In this document: positions 25,475 to 35,087 of the stretch, one piece after another
How the letters are laid out: each line of letters begins with the position of its first letter
Numbering within the stretch: position 1 is the first letter of the stretch
DNA from: Paracoccaceae bacterium
Lineage (GTDB): Bacteria; Pseudomonadota; Alphaproteobacteria; Rhodobacterales; Rhodobacteraceae
Assembly (NCBI GenBank): GCA_012103375.1
Contig: WLWX01000001.1
Span: 2,210,492 to 2,274,491, forward strand
DNA: 64,000 bases
Direction of reading: 5' to 3'
Notes under the pieces: generated by a model
Told to the model about the DNA's origin: nothing
The model's database searches: none
The model's input: only the letters and a program-made list of their open reading frames with translations
Position numbers and translations under genes: made by a program

Positions 25475-25948
25475 ATGGCTGTTCGGATTGATGAGACGGA
25501 CAGGAAAATCCTGTCCGAGCTGCAGCGGGATGCCGGGCAGTCCCTGGACGAGATTGCTAGAAAAGTCGGGTCATCAAAGACGCCGGTGTGGAACCGGATT
25601 CGCAAGCTGCGCGAAGGCGGGGTTGTCGGCGCCACAACCGTTCTGCTGGATGCCGAGGCGTTGGGGTTTGATGCGTGTTTCTTCGTGCTTGTCCGCACCA
25701 GCGAGCATGAGGCTGACTGGCAGGCCAAATTCCTCAAGGCGCTGCGGGACCGACCCGAGGTGATGGAAGCGCACCGGCTGGCGGGCGATATCGACTATAT
25801 CCTGAAGGTCCGGGTGGCGAACGCGCGCGCCTATGACGAATTCTATCAGGCGCTGATCGCCGAAGTGCGGATATTCAACGTCACTGCACTGCTGAGCATG
25901 GAGGAGTTGAAATTCACCACCGCCCTACCGATTGTGGAAAAGGGGTAG
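25475..25948 (+). CDS. Lrp/AsnC family transcriptional regulator
   Basis: ORF 25418-25948 trimmed to ATG 25475: MAVRIDETDRKILSELQRDAGQSLDEIARKVGSSKTPVWNRIRKLRE. Confidence 0.85.
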   Translation: MAVRIDETDRKILSELQRDAGQSLDEIARKVGSSKTPVWNRIRKLREGGVVGATTVLLDAEALGFDACFFVLVRTSEHEADWQAKFLKALRDRPEVMEAHRLAGDIDYILKVRVANARAYDEFYQALIAEVRIFNVTALLSMEELKFTTALPIVEKG

Positions 25949-26081
25949 GGGCCAGGGGCGGCTGACCCGTTGATCCCTGTGGTGTGAAAATATTGGCGTT
26001 TTGCGCGCAGTTGGTCGGACTTCGTGGCGGTTGCACTGCGCGCGTTTCAGCCCACCTCCGCAAGACGGGCCGTTGCGCCGG

Positions 26082-26768
26082 TCACTTGATCGCCCAGCCC
26101 GATTCCAGTTTTTCGATGGCGGCGATACGTTCGGCCGTTTTTGGATGGCTCAGCAACCACGCCGGGGTCGCGGCACCGCGTGCGCCGGTCAGTTTTTCCA
26201 GCTTCTGAAACAGTGATTTCTGCGGCCCGGTTCCGATACCCGCCTTGACCAGCAGCGCACTGGCATAGGCGTCCGCCTCATACTCATCACCGCGTGACAG
26301 ACGTGCCGCCAGAAGCGTGCCAAGGAAATTGGCAATCATCACCCCAAAGCCCGGAATGAACCGGCCCAGCACCATCGCCAGCGCGGTTCTGAGGGCGTTT
26401 TGTCCCGAAAAATCGATCATCCGGCGGCGTGAATGCCCCAGCGCGACGTGACCGAGTTCATGGGCAATCACACTCGCCATTTCATCGGCGGTCACATCAC
26501 CGTTGCGGTATTTGTTGAAGAACCCCCGCGTGATGAAGATCCGCCCATCAGGTGCGGCCAGGCCGTTCACCGGCTCAATCTCGTAAATGTGAACCCGGAT
26601 GCGTTTCAGATCCAGGGCTTCGGCCATCCGATCCGTCAGCACTTTCAGCATCGGATCGGCCAGTTCGGTCGACTGTTCATCCAGTTGCTTGCCCATCCGC
26701 CAGGCGGAAAAGCGATACATCACAACGGCATAAAGGATTGCCAGCAGGATTGGGGTAAACTTGAGCAT
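26082..26768 (-). CDS. M48 family zinc metallopeptidase (membrane)
   Basis: ORF track, 228 aa. N-terminal TM segment, HELGH motif (IAHELGHVALGH) and downstream ...EYEAD... Confidence 0.8.
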   Translation of the reverse strand: MLKFTPILLAILYAVVMYRFSAWRMGKQLDEQSTELADPMLKVLTDRMAEALDLKRIRVHIYEIEPVNGLAAPDGRIFITRGFFNKYRNGDVTADEMASVIAHELGHVALGHSRRRMIDFSGQNALRTALAMVLGRFIPGFGVMIANFLGTLLAARLSRGDEYEADAYASALLVKAGIGTGPQKSLFQKLEKLTGARGAATPAWLLSHPKTAERIAAIEKLESGWAIK

Positions 26769-26810
26769 ATCTGCTATATGGGGGCGGGGGTGGCGTTTGT
26801 CACGTCTGCT

Positions 26811-27995
26811 TTAGGATAGCTTTTTCATCCCGCGCGCCAACCCGTCCAGAGTCAGCGGCACCATGCGGTCCGCGCCCCACAGTTCCTGCACCATGGCGAT
26901 GCTTTGGGTATAGCGCCAGTGATCCTCGGCCACCGGATTGATCCACAGGTGGCGGGGCCAGTGTTCCGCTGCACGGGTCAGCCAGGTGCTGCCCGCTTCG
27001 GCGTTCCAATGTTCGTTTGCGCCGCCTTTCACGGCAATTTCATAAGGGCTCATCGAGGCATCGCCGACGAAAATCGCGGTCCAGTCGGATCCGTATTTGT
27101 GCAGCAGGTCCGTGGTCGGAGTCTGGGCGTTCCAGCGGCGGTGGTTGTCGCGCCACACGCCCTCATAAAGGCAGTTGTGGAAATAGAACGCCTCAAGATG
27201 TTTGAATTCGCTGCGTGCTGCGCTGAACAGGTCTTCGACCATCCGGACATGCGGATCCATTGACCCACCGACGTCCAGAAACAGCAGGACGCGCACCGCG
27301 TTGCGTCGTTCAATGCGGGTTTTGACGTCCAGAAACCCCTCGCGCGCGGTGGCGCGGATGGTGCGGTCCAGGTCCAGTTCCTGATGCGCGCCCTCACGCG
27401 CCCAGCGGCGCAGGCGCTTCAGGGCGATTTTCATGGTCCGCGTGCCAAGTTCACGGGTGTCGTCCAGATTTGCAAACTCTCGCCGGTCCCAGACTTTGAC
27501 GGCGCGCTGATGGCGGCTTTCGTCCTGTCCGATCCGCACGCCTTCGGGGTTGTAGCCATAGGCCCCGAACGGCGATGTCCCGGCGGTCCCCACCCATTTG
27601 GAGCCGCCCTGATGCCGGCCCTTCTGTTCCTCCAGCCGTTTCTTCAACGTTTCCATCAGCTTATCGAAACCGCCGAGCGCCTCAACCTCCGCCCGTTCTT
27701 CGGCCGTCAGGTGCTTCTCGGCGAGTTTTTCCAACCAGTCGGTGGGCAGATCCAATGCGTCGATCACCGCCTCGGGCGTGATGTCCGCCAGCCCCTTGAA
27801 CGCATCCGAAAAGGCGCGGTCAAAGCGGTCGATCTTGGTTTCGTCTTTCACCAGCGTGGCACGGGCAAGGTAATAGAACGCGTCAACGTCATAGGTCGCC
27901 AGCCCGGCGTCCATGGCTTCCAGAAAGACCAGGTATTCGCGCGGTGTGACCGGAACGCCGGTGCGGCGCAGCGTGTCGAAGAAATGGCCGAACAT
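26811..27995 (-). CDS. VWA domain-containing CoxE-like protein
   Basis: ORF track, 394 aa. N-terminal MFGHFFDTLRRTGVPVTPREYLVFLEAM and a C-terminal VLLFLDVGGSM (DxSxS-like MIDAS) region. Confidence 0.75.
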   Translation of the reverse strand: MFGHFFDTLRRTGVPVTPREYLVFLEAMDAGLATYDVDAFYYLARATLVKDETKIDRFDRAFSDAFKGLADITPEAVIDALDLPTDWLEKLAEKHLTAEERAEVEALGGFDKLMETLKKRLEEQKGRHQGGSKWVGTAGTSPFGAYGYNPEGVRIGQDESRHQRAVKVWDRREFANLDDTRELGTRTMKIALKRLRRWAREGAHQELDLDRTIRATAREGFLDVKTRIERRNAVRVLLFLDVGGSMDPHVRMVEDLFSAARSEFKHLEAFYFHNCLYEGVWRDNHRRWNAQTPTTDLLHKYGSDWTAIFVGDASMSPYEIAVKGGANEHWNAEAGSTWLTRAAEHWPRHLWINPVAEDHWRYTQSIAMVQELWGADRMVPLTLDGLARGMKKLS

Positions 27996-28010
27996 CGTCA
28001 GGCCACCCGG

Positions 28011-28175
28011 CTATAGCAGGCGGTCGATGAACAGCGTAAGGAACAGCGCGACGATCCCGAAGGCGATGCCATAGGCGGCGGCGTATTGCGCCATATCCTT
28101 GCGATTGCCCTTGGCGCGTCGCGCCTGCGTTGCGCCAAAGACAGCGCCGATGATCAGGCCGGCGATGATAATCAT
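28011..28175 (-). CDS. 54-aa two-TM membrane protein
   Basis: Too short for the ORF track; translated manually as MIIIAGLIIGAVFGATQARRAKGNRKDMAQYAAAYGIAFGIVALFLTLFIDRLL*. Its ATG overlaps the upstream stop (ATGA). Confidence 0.4.
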   Translation of the reverse strand: MIIIAGLIIGAVFGATQARRAKGNRKDMAQYAAAYGIAFGIVALFLTLFIDRLL

Positions 28176-29551
28176 AACGGCACCCGGCCACGGCGTGGCG
28201 ACAGGGCCGCGATTTCGGATACGCGCGCGCGGACGACGCGGTCGGCTCCAAAGCCATATCGCGCCCAGCCCAATGCCTCGGTCCGCACGACGCGGGCTTC
28301 GGCAGCACGTTCGGTCAGGTCCAGCGCCTCGGCCTTGACCATCAGCAGCGTTGCCAGAAGGGCCGCATTCTCGGACCGCTCAACAACAGGGGCGTTGGCA
28401 TCAACGATGCTGATCGCCGCTTCTGCGTCTCCCGCAGACAGGGCAAAGGCCGCCAGTTGCATGGATACATGGGCCGCATGCAGATGGGTTTCGCTGCGCG
28501 CGGCATAGATCGAGCCGGAATGCAGGAAGGAGGCGAGCGCCAGATCGGGATCCGACGACAGCGTCAGCCGGCCAAGCGCGAACAGGCTGAAGGCCAGACG
28601 GTTGTCGTTCCAGCCCTCGCGTTTGGCAATTGCGACCGCGCGTTTGGCCGCCGCGCGCCGCCCACTGCTTGAAATGCTGGGCCCCAAAGCGCTTTCGATG
28701 GCATCAATCCAATCGCGATTGGTATCGGCGCGCACGGCGCGGCGCTTGTTCTGGCCAGCGGGATTGATCCGCGCAAGCACGGCGGGCAGCTTGGCGGCAA
28801 CTTCGGCGCGCGTCATGCCTGACCGCAACTCGGGCGCATAGAATGCGCGCAGGATCAGCATGTCAAAACCGGTCAGAACGGTGTGGAAATTGTCGCCATT
28901 GAAGACGCTGTCGCTGAGGCGATAGAGGTCGTTGAGGGGCCCGAGTGACTGTGCAACCTCTTCATGCAGGCAATCGCGGACCTCTTGCGGGGCGACGTCG
29001 CCGGGGATGAATATCGCCATCCGTTCGCGCACTTGCAGGGTGGTCCAATCGGTCAGCGCGCCGCGCCGGTTGCGGCGGAATTCGTCCCAGCTGCTGATAC
29101 GCGGCACGACGAAACAGGCGGCTTGCGGGACTGCGCGTTGCAGCTTGCCACGGGGCACAACCTCGACCGTGATGTTTGCAGCGGTGCCGGGGCTGACCTG
29201 AGTGATGTCGATCCCCGCCTCGCTGCGCAGCCGCGCCAGCAGTTTGCCCAGATCGCGGTTCAATCCGGCAGGCGGGCGCCCCGTGACGCGGATCGTAACC
29301 GGCCCTTCGAACCGGGTCAGCACCGGCAGGGTACGACCACTTTCCAACATGAACGCAAGATCCAGGAAGTCTTTGGCCAGCGCTGTATTTGAACGCGCGG
29401 GTCGCGCCGGGCGGGCCGTTGCGAATGTTTTCATCGCCGGAAGGGTCGAGGGGGAGGTATCGCGCCGCCCCGCAAAATCACTCAGCGGCAGGGTCACATC
29501 TGCGCAGGCGGTCATGGCCACCAGGGCGAAAAGGGCGAAAATCCGTGTCAT
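28172..29551 (-). CDS. lipoprotein, DUF2927-like N-terminal domain plus helical-repeat C-terminal half
   Basis: ORF track, 459 aa. Lipobox-like LVAMTAC. The family name is from memory. The start overlaps the GNAT stop (ATGA). Confidence 0.6.
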   Translation of the reverse strand: MTRIFALFALVAMTACADVTLPLSDFAGRRDTSPSTLPAMKTFATARPARPARSNTALAKDFLDLAFMLESGRTLPVLTRFEGPVTIRVTGRPPAGLNRDLGKLLARLRSEAGIDITQVSPGTAANITVEVVPRGKLQRAVPQAACFVVPRISSWDEFRRNRRGALTDWTTLQVRERMAIFIPGDVAPQEVRDCLHEEVAQSLGPLNDLYRLSDSVFNGDNFHTVLTGFDMLILRAFYAPELRSGMTRAEVAAKLPAVLARINPAGQNKRRAVRADTNRDWIDAIESALGPSISSSGRRAAAKRAVAIAKREGWNDNRLAFSLFALGRLTLSSDPDLALASFLHSGSIYAARSETHLHAAHVSMQLAAFALSAGDAEAAISIVDANAPVVERSENAALLATLLMVKAEALDLTERAAEARVVRTEALGWARYGFGADRVVRARVSEIAALSPRRGRVPL

Positions 29552-29991
29552 GCCGGGCGGTTATAGCGGATAAATGGCGTAAGACAGCCGACGCGGTCAT
29601 AAAGTCTGCGTGCTGTGGCATTAAAGTCCTGCGTCAGCCAGTAAACCGACGGGCATCCGGCAGCATCCGCAGCAGCATAGACGGCTTCGATCAGTGCGCG
29701 GCCCGCGCCGGTTCCGCGCACTGACGGATCGGTATAGAGATCTTGCAGATAACACACATTTTCCACTTTCCAGGCGTGGCGGTGAAACAGGTAGTGGGTA
29801 AGCCCGACAGGCACCCCGTCAACCTCAGCAATCAATCCGTGGAAATCCTGCGGGTCGTCGCCCAGAAGGTGCGCGAAAGTGGTCTGATACACCTCCTCAG
29901 TCACCGATGATTCGTAGTATTCCAGGTATCCGGTCCAGAGGCGGCGCCAATCGGCTTCGTCGGCAGCGGTCAGGGGGCGAATATGGATCAT
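29548..29991 (-). CDS. GNAT family N-acetyltransferase
   Basis: ORF 29548-30063 trimmed to ATG 29991 (MIHIRPLTAADEADW...). Acetyl-CoA site motif ...VRGTGAGRALI... Confidence 0.75.
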   Translation of the reverse strand: MIHIRPLTAADEADWRRLWTGYLEYYESSVTEEVYQTTFAHLLGDDPQDFHGLIAEVDGVPVGLTHYLFHRHAWKVENVCYLQDLYTDPSVRGTGAGRALIEAVYAAADAAGCPSVYWLTQDFNATARRLYDRVGCLTPFIRYNRPA

Positions 29992-30131
29992 CGGGGTTTC
30001 GTCTTGGCTGCAAGAGGATTGGTTCGCTTTGACTATCGCAATCGCGCGCGGATGGCCATTCAATCGGGTTTTGCCTGCCGCATTTCACTTACGTCGAAAA
30101 CCGTGCGGTAAAATTGAGGGGCCTGCGCGAC

Positions 30132-30971
30132 CTAACGCCCCGATCGAGCCATGAAGGCCAGACGTTCAAACAGTGCCACGTCCTGTTCGTTCTTCAGCAG
30201 CGCGCCATGCAGGCGGGGCAGGGCGTCCCTGGCATCCCCGCGCAGGTCTTCGGGGGCCAGATCCTCGGCCAGCAGCAGTTTCAGCCAGTCCAACACCTCA
30301 GAGGTTGAGGGTTTCTTTTTCAGCCCCGGCGTCTCGCGCACCTCATAAAATTGCGTCAGCGCGGCGGTCAGCAGGCGGTCTTTCAGGCCCGGAAAATGTA
30401 CCTCGACAATGCGTTTCATCGTCTCCATTTCCGGAAAGCGGATGTAATGGAAGAAGCAGCGGCGCAGGAACGCGTCAGGCAGTTCCTTTTCGTTGTTCGA
30501 AGTGATGATGACCACCGGGCGCTGGCGCGCGGTAACGGTTTCGCCGGTTTCGTAGACGTGGAATTCCATCCGGTCGAGTTCTTGCAGCAGGTCATTCGGA
30601 AACTCGATATCGGCCTTGTCGATCTCGTCAATCAGCAGCACAACGCGATTGTCTGCGGCGAAGGCCTGCCACAGCTTGCCGCGTTTGATGTAGTTGGCGA
30701 CATCATGCACGCGGTCTTCGCCCAACTGGCTGTCGCGCAACCGGCTGACAGCATCGTATTCATAAAGGCCTTGCTGCGCGCGTGTGGTGGATTTGACGTG
30801 CCACTCGATCAGCTCCATCCCCAGGGCACCCGCCACCTGGCGCGCAAGCTCGGTTTTGCCGGTGCCCGGTTCGCCCTTGACCAGCAGCGGGCGTTCCAGC
30901 GTAACGGCCGCATTCACCACGACAGTCAGGTCATCGGTCGCGACATAAGCATCGGTGCCAGTGAATTTCAT
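30132..30971 (-). CDS. MoxR-type AAA+ ATPase
   Basis: ORF 30132-31148 trimmed to ATG 30971 (MKFTGTDAYVATDDL...). Walker A GEPGTGKT and Walker B VLLIDEIDKA. Confidence 0.85.
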   Translation of the reverse strand: MKFTGTDAYVATDDLTVVVNAAVTLERPLLVKGEPGTGKTELARQVAGALGMELIEWHVKSTTRAQQGLYEYDAVSRLRDSQLGEDRVHDVANYIKRGKLWQAFAADNRVVLLIDEIDKADIEFPNDLLQELDRMEFHVYETGETVTARQRPVVIITSNNEKELPDAFLRRCFFHYIRFPEMETMKRIVEVHFPGLKDRLLTAALTQFYEVRETPGLKKKPSTSEVLDWLKLLLAEDLAPEDLRGDARDALPRLHGALLKNEQDVALFERLAFMARSGR

Positions 30972-31166
30972 ATGGGTTTTCCGTGGTTTCACGCCATTTT
31001 CCGGCGCCATTCCTATCGCGGCAATCACGAAGCGGCAACCACCCCCAAAGGGGGCGTGACAAGCCGCGCGCCATCCGGTATGCCCCGCCCAAAGCGACTG
31101 CCGCAGCGATCTGCCGGGCCGCCGTTGGCCCTCGGGACCGCCTGCCAATTAAAGTAAGGGGAAGCC

Positions 31167-31589
31167 ATGAAGGCCGAGGTTTTTTTACCGGAAGATTATC
31201 GTCCTGCCGAGGATGAGCCCTTCATGAACGACCGCCAGACTGAATATTTCCGCCGCAAACTGATGGCCTGGAAAGAAGAGCTTCTGGATGACAGCCGCAA
31301 CACGCTGGAAGGGTTGCAGGATACCACGCGAAATATCGCCGACGTTGCCGACCGTGCCAGCGAAGAGACGGATCGCTCGCTCGAGCTGCGGACCCGTGAT
31401 CGTCAGCGCAAGCTGGTGTCGAAAATCGACAGCGCGCTGCGACGGATTGATCAGGGCGAATACGGCTATTGCGAAGATACCGGAGAGCCGATTTCGCTCA
31501 AGCGGCTGGATGCGCGTCCCATCGCGACGCTGTCGCTAGAGGCGCAGGAACGTCATGAGCGGCGCGAAAAAGTCCACCGCGACGACTGA
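31167..31589 (+). CDS. dksA: RNA polymerase-binding transcription factor DksA
   Basis: ORF track, 140 aa. ...DRASEETDRSLELRTRDRQRKL... (DxxDxA coiled-coil tip). Only one Cys remains in the former zinc-finger region (GYCEDTGEPI...). Confidence 0.85.
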   Translation: MKAEVFLPEDYRPAEDEPFMNDRQTEYFRRKLMAWKEELLDDSRNTLEGLQDTTRNIADVADRASEETDRSLELRTRDRQRKLVSKIDSALRRIDQGEYGYCEDTGEPISLKRLDARPIATLSLEAQERHERREKVHRDD

Positions 31590-31691
31590 TCCCAGCGTCA
31601 TGCGATAGGTCAGGGCATCGGTGCAACGCGCGGGTGCCTTTCGTTTTTGCAGGCTTTGCATGGGCCGGGCGCGGCGGTATGACCAGATGAC

Positions 31692-33953
31692 ATGAAGTTG
31701 AATAATCGCAAGATTGCCGTTTTGGGCGCGGGTGTTGCCGGATTGGCGACGGCGCGGGCGCTTGCCCTGCTTGGGGCGCGCCCGATCGTTGTGGAACAGG
31801 CACCCGACCTTATCGAAATCGGGGCCGGGTTGCAGATCACCCCCAACGGCATGGCGGTTCTGGATGCGCTTGGCCTGGGCACACGCGCACGCGATGCGGG
31901 TTTGCCGCTGGACGATGTCAGCCTGCACGACCACCGCAAGGGCGCGTCGGTGCTGCGACTGGGGCTGAGTAAAAACCCGTCTGCGGGCAATTGGCTGGCG
32001 ATCCCGCGCACCGATCTGATCCGCATCATGCGCGAAGGTGTCGAACGGGTCGGGGCCGAAGTGCGCACTGGTGCGCGCGTTGTCCGTATCGAAACCCGGC
32101 CCCAGAAAACCATCCTCAACACAGCGGACGGGCGCACGATTGAAGCGGCAATCGTGATAGCGGCGGACGGGTTGCACTCGCTCGGGCGGCAGACGCTGGG
32201 CGGCGCGGCGACGCCGTTTTTCACCGGCCAGGTCGCCTGGCGCGCGTTGATCAGGGATGACGGTGACGCGCCCGCCGTCGCGCAGGTTTTCATGGCCCCG
32301 GGGCGGCATCTGGTCAGTTATCCCTTGCCCGGCGGGCGGCGCAACATCGTCGCGGTTGATGAGCGTGAAGACTGGGCCGAGGAAAGCTGGACCGCCAGCG
32401 GCGACCCCGACCAGATGCGCCGGGCGTTCAATCACTTCGGCGGGCCGGTGCCGGGTTGGCTTGCCAAGGTCGACAAGGCCCATTTGTGGGGGTTGTTCCG
32501 GCACGAGGTTCCGGCGCGCTGGCATGGCGGATCGCTGGTTCTGGTCGGCGACGCGGCACATCCGACGCTTCCGTTTCTGGCGCAGGGGGCAAATCTGGCG
32601 CTGGAAGATGCCTGGGTTCTGGCCGACACGCTGGCCGACGCGCCGGGCGTTTCGGCGGCCCTGACCACGTTTCAGGAACGCAGGGTCGAACGCGTCAAAC
32701 GCGCGATCCGTGCCGCCAATGCAAATGCGCGCAATTATCATCTGCGCAATCCGCTTCTGCGGTTCGCGGCCCACAATGGGCTGCGGCTGGGCAGCCTGTT
32801 CAGCCCCCGCGCGGCACTGGGCCGGTTTGACTGGCTGTACCGCCACGATGTGACCGCGGCGGCAGCGGACAAGCCGCAACATGTCTCGGTCCCCGAGGTG
32901 CCGCCGCTGGCTGTCGCGGGGGCGCCGGAAGAACCCAAACGCACACCCAAACCGGTGATCCCGCGCGCCAAGCCTGCGGTCGGGTCGCGGCTCAAGACCT
33001 CTCGGATCACGTTCGGGCGGACGGCGGGCGCGGAAGGGGCCGCGCAGGGAGCCGAGGCCGCAAAGCCTGCACCGCCCGAGCCTGCACCGCCTAGGCCAGA
33101 GCCGCAACGGCCCCTGACATTAACCACGCCCGTGCCGCCGTTGGCAGCGCGGCCTGCGCCCGAAGCCGAAAAGCCCGCATTTCCCAAAGCCCCGAAATCC
33201 GCGGCACCCCGGCCAGATGGGATCATCGGCGCGCCGATTGCGCGGGAATCCGGCCCGGCCCACTCGGTCAAGCCAGTGACAGCGCCCCCGGCAAGGCATC
33301 CGACAGACGACCCCGACAAATCCGGGCAACCCGCAGGTTCAGCCACGGCGGGGAGTGGTCCGGCGATGCCGAAAGCTCAGGTACCGCCAAATTCACCACC
33401 CCCGGCCAAGGCCGCACCCGCGCCCAAAGCGCCGCCACCGCGCATGCGGCCCTATGGCGATGATACGGCGGCGTCTCCGCGTAGGGCTGCTGGCAGCACC
33501 GCGCCGAAACGGGCCGATGTGGCGGATGCGGCGAGACCTGCCGCCAGGCCGACAGCGGCGACCACTGCGCGCGTGAAACCTGCAGCCGGAAAAGCCCCGC
33601 CTGTTGCCAAAGCAGAACCGGCCGGGAAACCTCGCGCCGCGAAAGCGCCCGCTGCTGGGATTGCGGATGCAAAGACGGCGCCATCCGCGGAACCGGCGAC
33701 AAAGACCGCTCAGGCGAAGAAACCCGCGGTCAAAAAACCGGCAGCGAAGAAGCCAGCGGAAAATAAGGCGGCTGCGAAGAAATCCCCAGCGAAGAAAACG
33801 ACGGCAAAGACGACGAAGGCAAAGCCGGCGAAGAAGTCGCCCGCGAAAAAGCCTGCCGCAAAGGCAACCGGAAATGCAGCCGATGCTGCAAACAAACCTG
33901 GCAAGAAGGTCGCGAAAAAGAAAACGCCAAAGCCGGACGACAAGCCCGCTTAG
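31692..33953 (+). CDS. FAD-dependent aromatic-ring-hydroxylase-like monooxygenase fused to a ~360-aa Pro/Ala/Lys-rich low-complexity tail
   Basis: ORF track, 753 aa. N-terminal IAVLGAGVAGLATARAL (GxGxxG). LVGDAAHPTLPFLAQGANLALEDA is the flavoprotein-hydroxylase fingerprint. From about aa 390 the sequence is only P/A/K/E-rich, ending in AKKPAVKKPAAKKPA...KKSPAKK repeats. Confidence 0.75.
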   Translation: MKLNNRKIAVLGAGVAGLATARALALLGARPIVVEQAPDLIEIGAGLQITPNGMAVLDALGLGTRARDAGLPLDDVSLHDHRKGASVLRLGLSKNPSAGNWLAIPRTDLIRIMREGVERVGAEVRTGARVVRIETRPQKTILNTADGRTIEAAIVIAADGLHSLGRQTLGGAATPFFTGQVAWRALIRDDGDAPAVAQVFMAPGRHLVSYPLPGGRRNIVAVDEREDWAEESWTASGDPDQMRRAFNHFGGPVPGWLAKVDKAHLWGLFRHEVPARWHGGSLVLVGDAAHPTLPFLAQGANLALEDAWVLADTLADAPGVSAALTTFQERRVERVKRAIRAANANARNYHLRNPLLRFAAHNGLRLGSLFSPRAALGRFDWLYRHDVTAAAADKPQHVSVPEVPPLAVAGAPEEPKRTPKPVIPRAKPAVGSRLKTSRITFGRTAGAEGAAQGAEAAKPAPPEPAPPRPEPQRPLTLTTPVPPLAARPAPEAEKPAFPKAPKSAAPRPDGIIGAPIARESGPAHSVKPVTAPPARHPTDDPDKSGQPAGSATAGSGPAMPKAQVPPNSPPPAKAAPAPKAPPPRMRPYGDDTAASPRRAAGSTAPKRADVADAARPAARPTAATTARVKPAAGKAPPVAKAEPAGKPRAAKAPAAGIADAKTAPSAEPATKTAQAKKPAVKKPAAKKPAENKAAAKKSPAKKTTAKTTKAKPAKKSPAKKPAAKATGNAADAANKPGKKVAKKKTPKPDDKPA

Positions 33954-34214
33954 CTGCACAATCCTGAAAACCTGAATCTCTTCAGGAATTCCCTGCGCCC
34001 TGTGCGCGCCAAAGGCGCGAGGCGCGCACGCCGGACCGGCCCCACCGGTCTGGCGCCGGTTCGAGGTGGTCACATCCGGGATAGTTGACGGCTAACACCT
34101 CCCCATAAATCATGCCCGTCAACCGTCGCTGCGCCAGCCCGCCGGTCCGGCGCGCGCCCTGCTAAGATCGGGCGATTGTCCTCGAACATTTTCGCCGATC
34201 AAATTGATGGCGCA

Positions 34215-35087
34215 CTAGCTGCGCTCGCGTCCCGCAAACCTTGGCAGCATTGCCGAGAAATCGCGCCCGGCGCCGCCCTCGGCCTCGACGAATTGCGCAT
34301 ATAGGTCACGCGCGGCGGCCCCAAGGGGGGTGTCGGCGTCGACCCCTTCGGCAGCCTCCTGCGACAGGCGCAGATCCTTCAGCATCAGATCGGCAGCAAA
34401 GCCGGGTTGATACCCGTTGTCGGCGGGCGAGGTTGGGCCGACGCCGGGGGCCGGGCAGTAGGTATTCATCGACCAGCTTTGCCCGGAAGAGGTTGAAACC
34501 ACGTCGAACATCGCCTGATTGTCAAGGCCCAACTTGTCGGCGAGCGCGAATGCCTCGCACGTTGCGATCATCGTCACACCCAGGATCATGTTGTTGCAGA
34601 TCTTTGCGGCCTGTCCGTTGCCCGCCGGGCCGCAATGTACCGCCCTCTGACCCATCACATCGAACAGCGGACGGACGGTTGCGAATGCCGCATCAGACCC
34701 GCCCACCATGAAAGTCAGCGTCCCAGCCGAGGCCCCGCCGGTGCCCCCGGACACGGGCGCATCCAAGGCATCGACGCCAAAATCCGCCGCCTGCGCCGCG
34801 ACGTCGCGCGCGCTTGTCACATCAACGGTCGAGCAATCCAGATGCACCGCCCCCCGCGCCATCGACGGTAATATTTCGTCGGCCACGGTGCGCAGGATCG
34901 CGCCGTTCGGCAGCATGGTTATGACCACCTCGGCATCCCTGGCTGCATTCGCGGCGCTCTCAGCAGGCGACACGCCCGCTGGGCAGGGGGCGGCGGTGTC
35001 GAACCCGCTGACCTGATGCCCGGCCGCCGCAAGGTTGGCCGCCATCGGTGCGCCCATGTTACCAAGCCCGATAAAGCCGATCTTCAT
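34215..35087 (-). CDS. mmsB: 3-hydroxyisobutyrate dehydrogenase
   Basis: ORF 34215-35339 trimmed to ATG 35087 (MKIGFIGLGNMGAPMAANL...). The upstream 84 codons of the track ORF are read-through from MITE copy 4. Confidence 0.85.
   Translation of the reverse strand: MKIGFIGLGNMGAPMAANLAAAGHQVSGFDTAAPCPAGVSPAESAANAARDAEVVITMLPNGAILRTVADEILPSMARGAVHLDCSTVDVTSARDVAAQAADFGVDALDAPVSGGTGGASAGTLTFMVGGSDAAFATVRPLFDVMGQRAVHCGPAGNGQAAKICNNMILGVTMIATCEAFALADKLGLDNQAMFDVVSTSSGQSWSMNTYCPAPGVGPTSPADNGYQPGFAADLMLKDLRLSQEAAEGVDADTPLGAAARDLYAQFVEAEGGAGRDFSAMLPRFAGRERS

Noticed and set aside
30972-31148. 59-codon N-terminal extension of the MoxR ORF
   Set aside because: The extension is Arg/Gly/Trp-rich and overlaps the divergent dksA promoter region. 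The family N-terminus matches the internal Met (MKFTGTDAYV...).
31536-34073. Long minus-strand ORFs (31536-33107, 33393-34073) opposite the monooxygenase and its tail
   Set aside because: The plus strand carries the GxGxxG and DAAH...G.N..LED flavoprotein fingerprints. The antisense products are Arg/Pro-rich low-complexity sequence.
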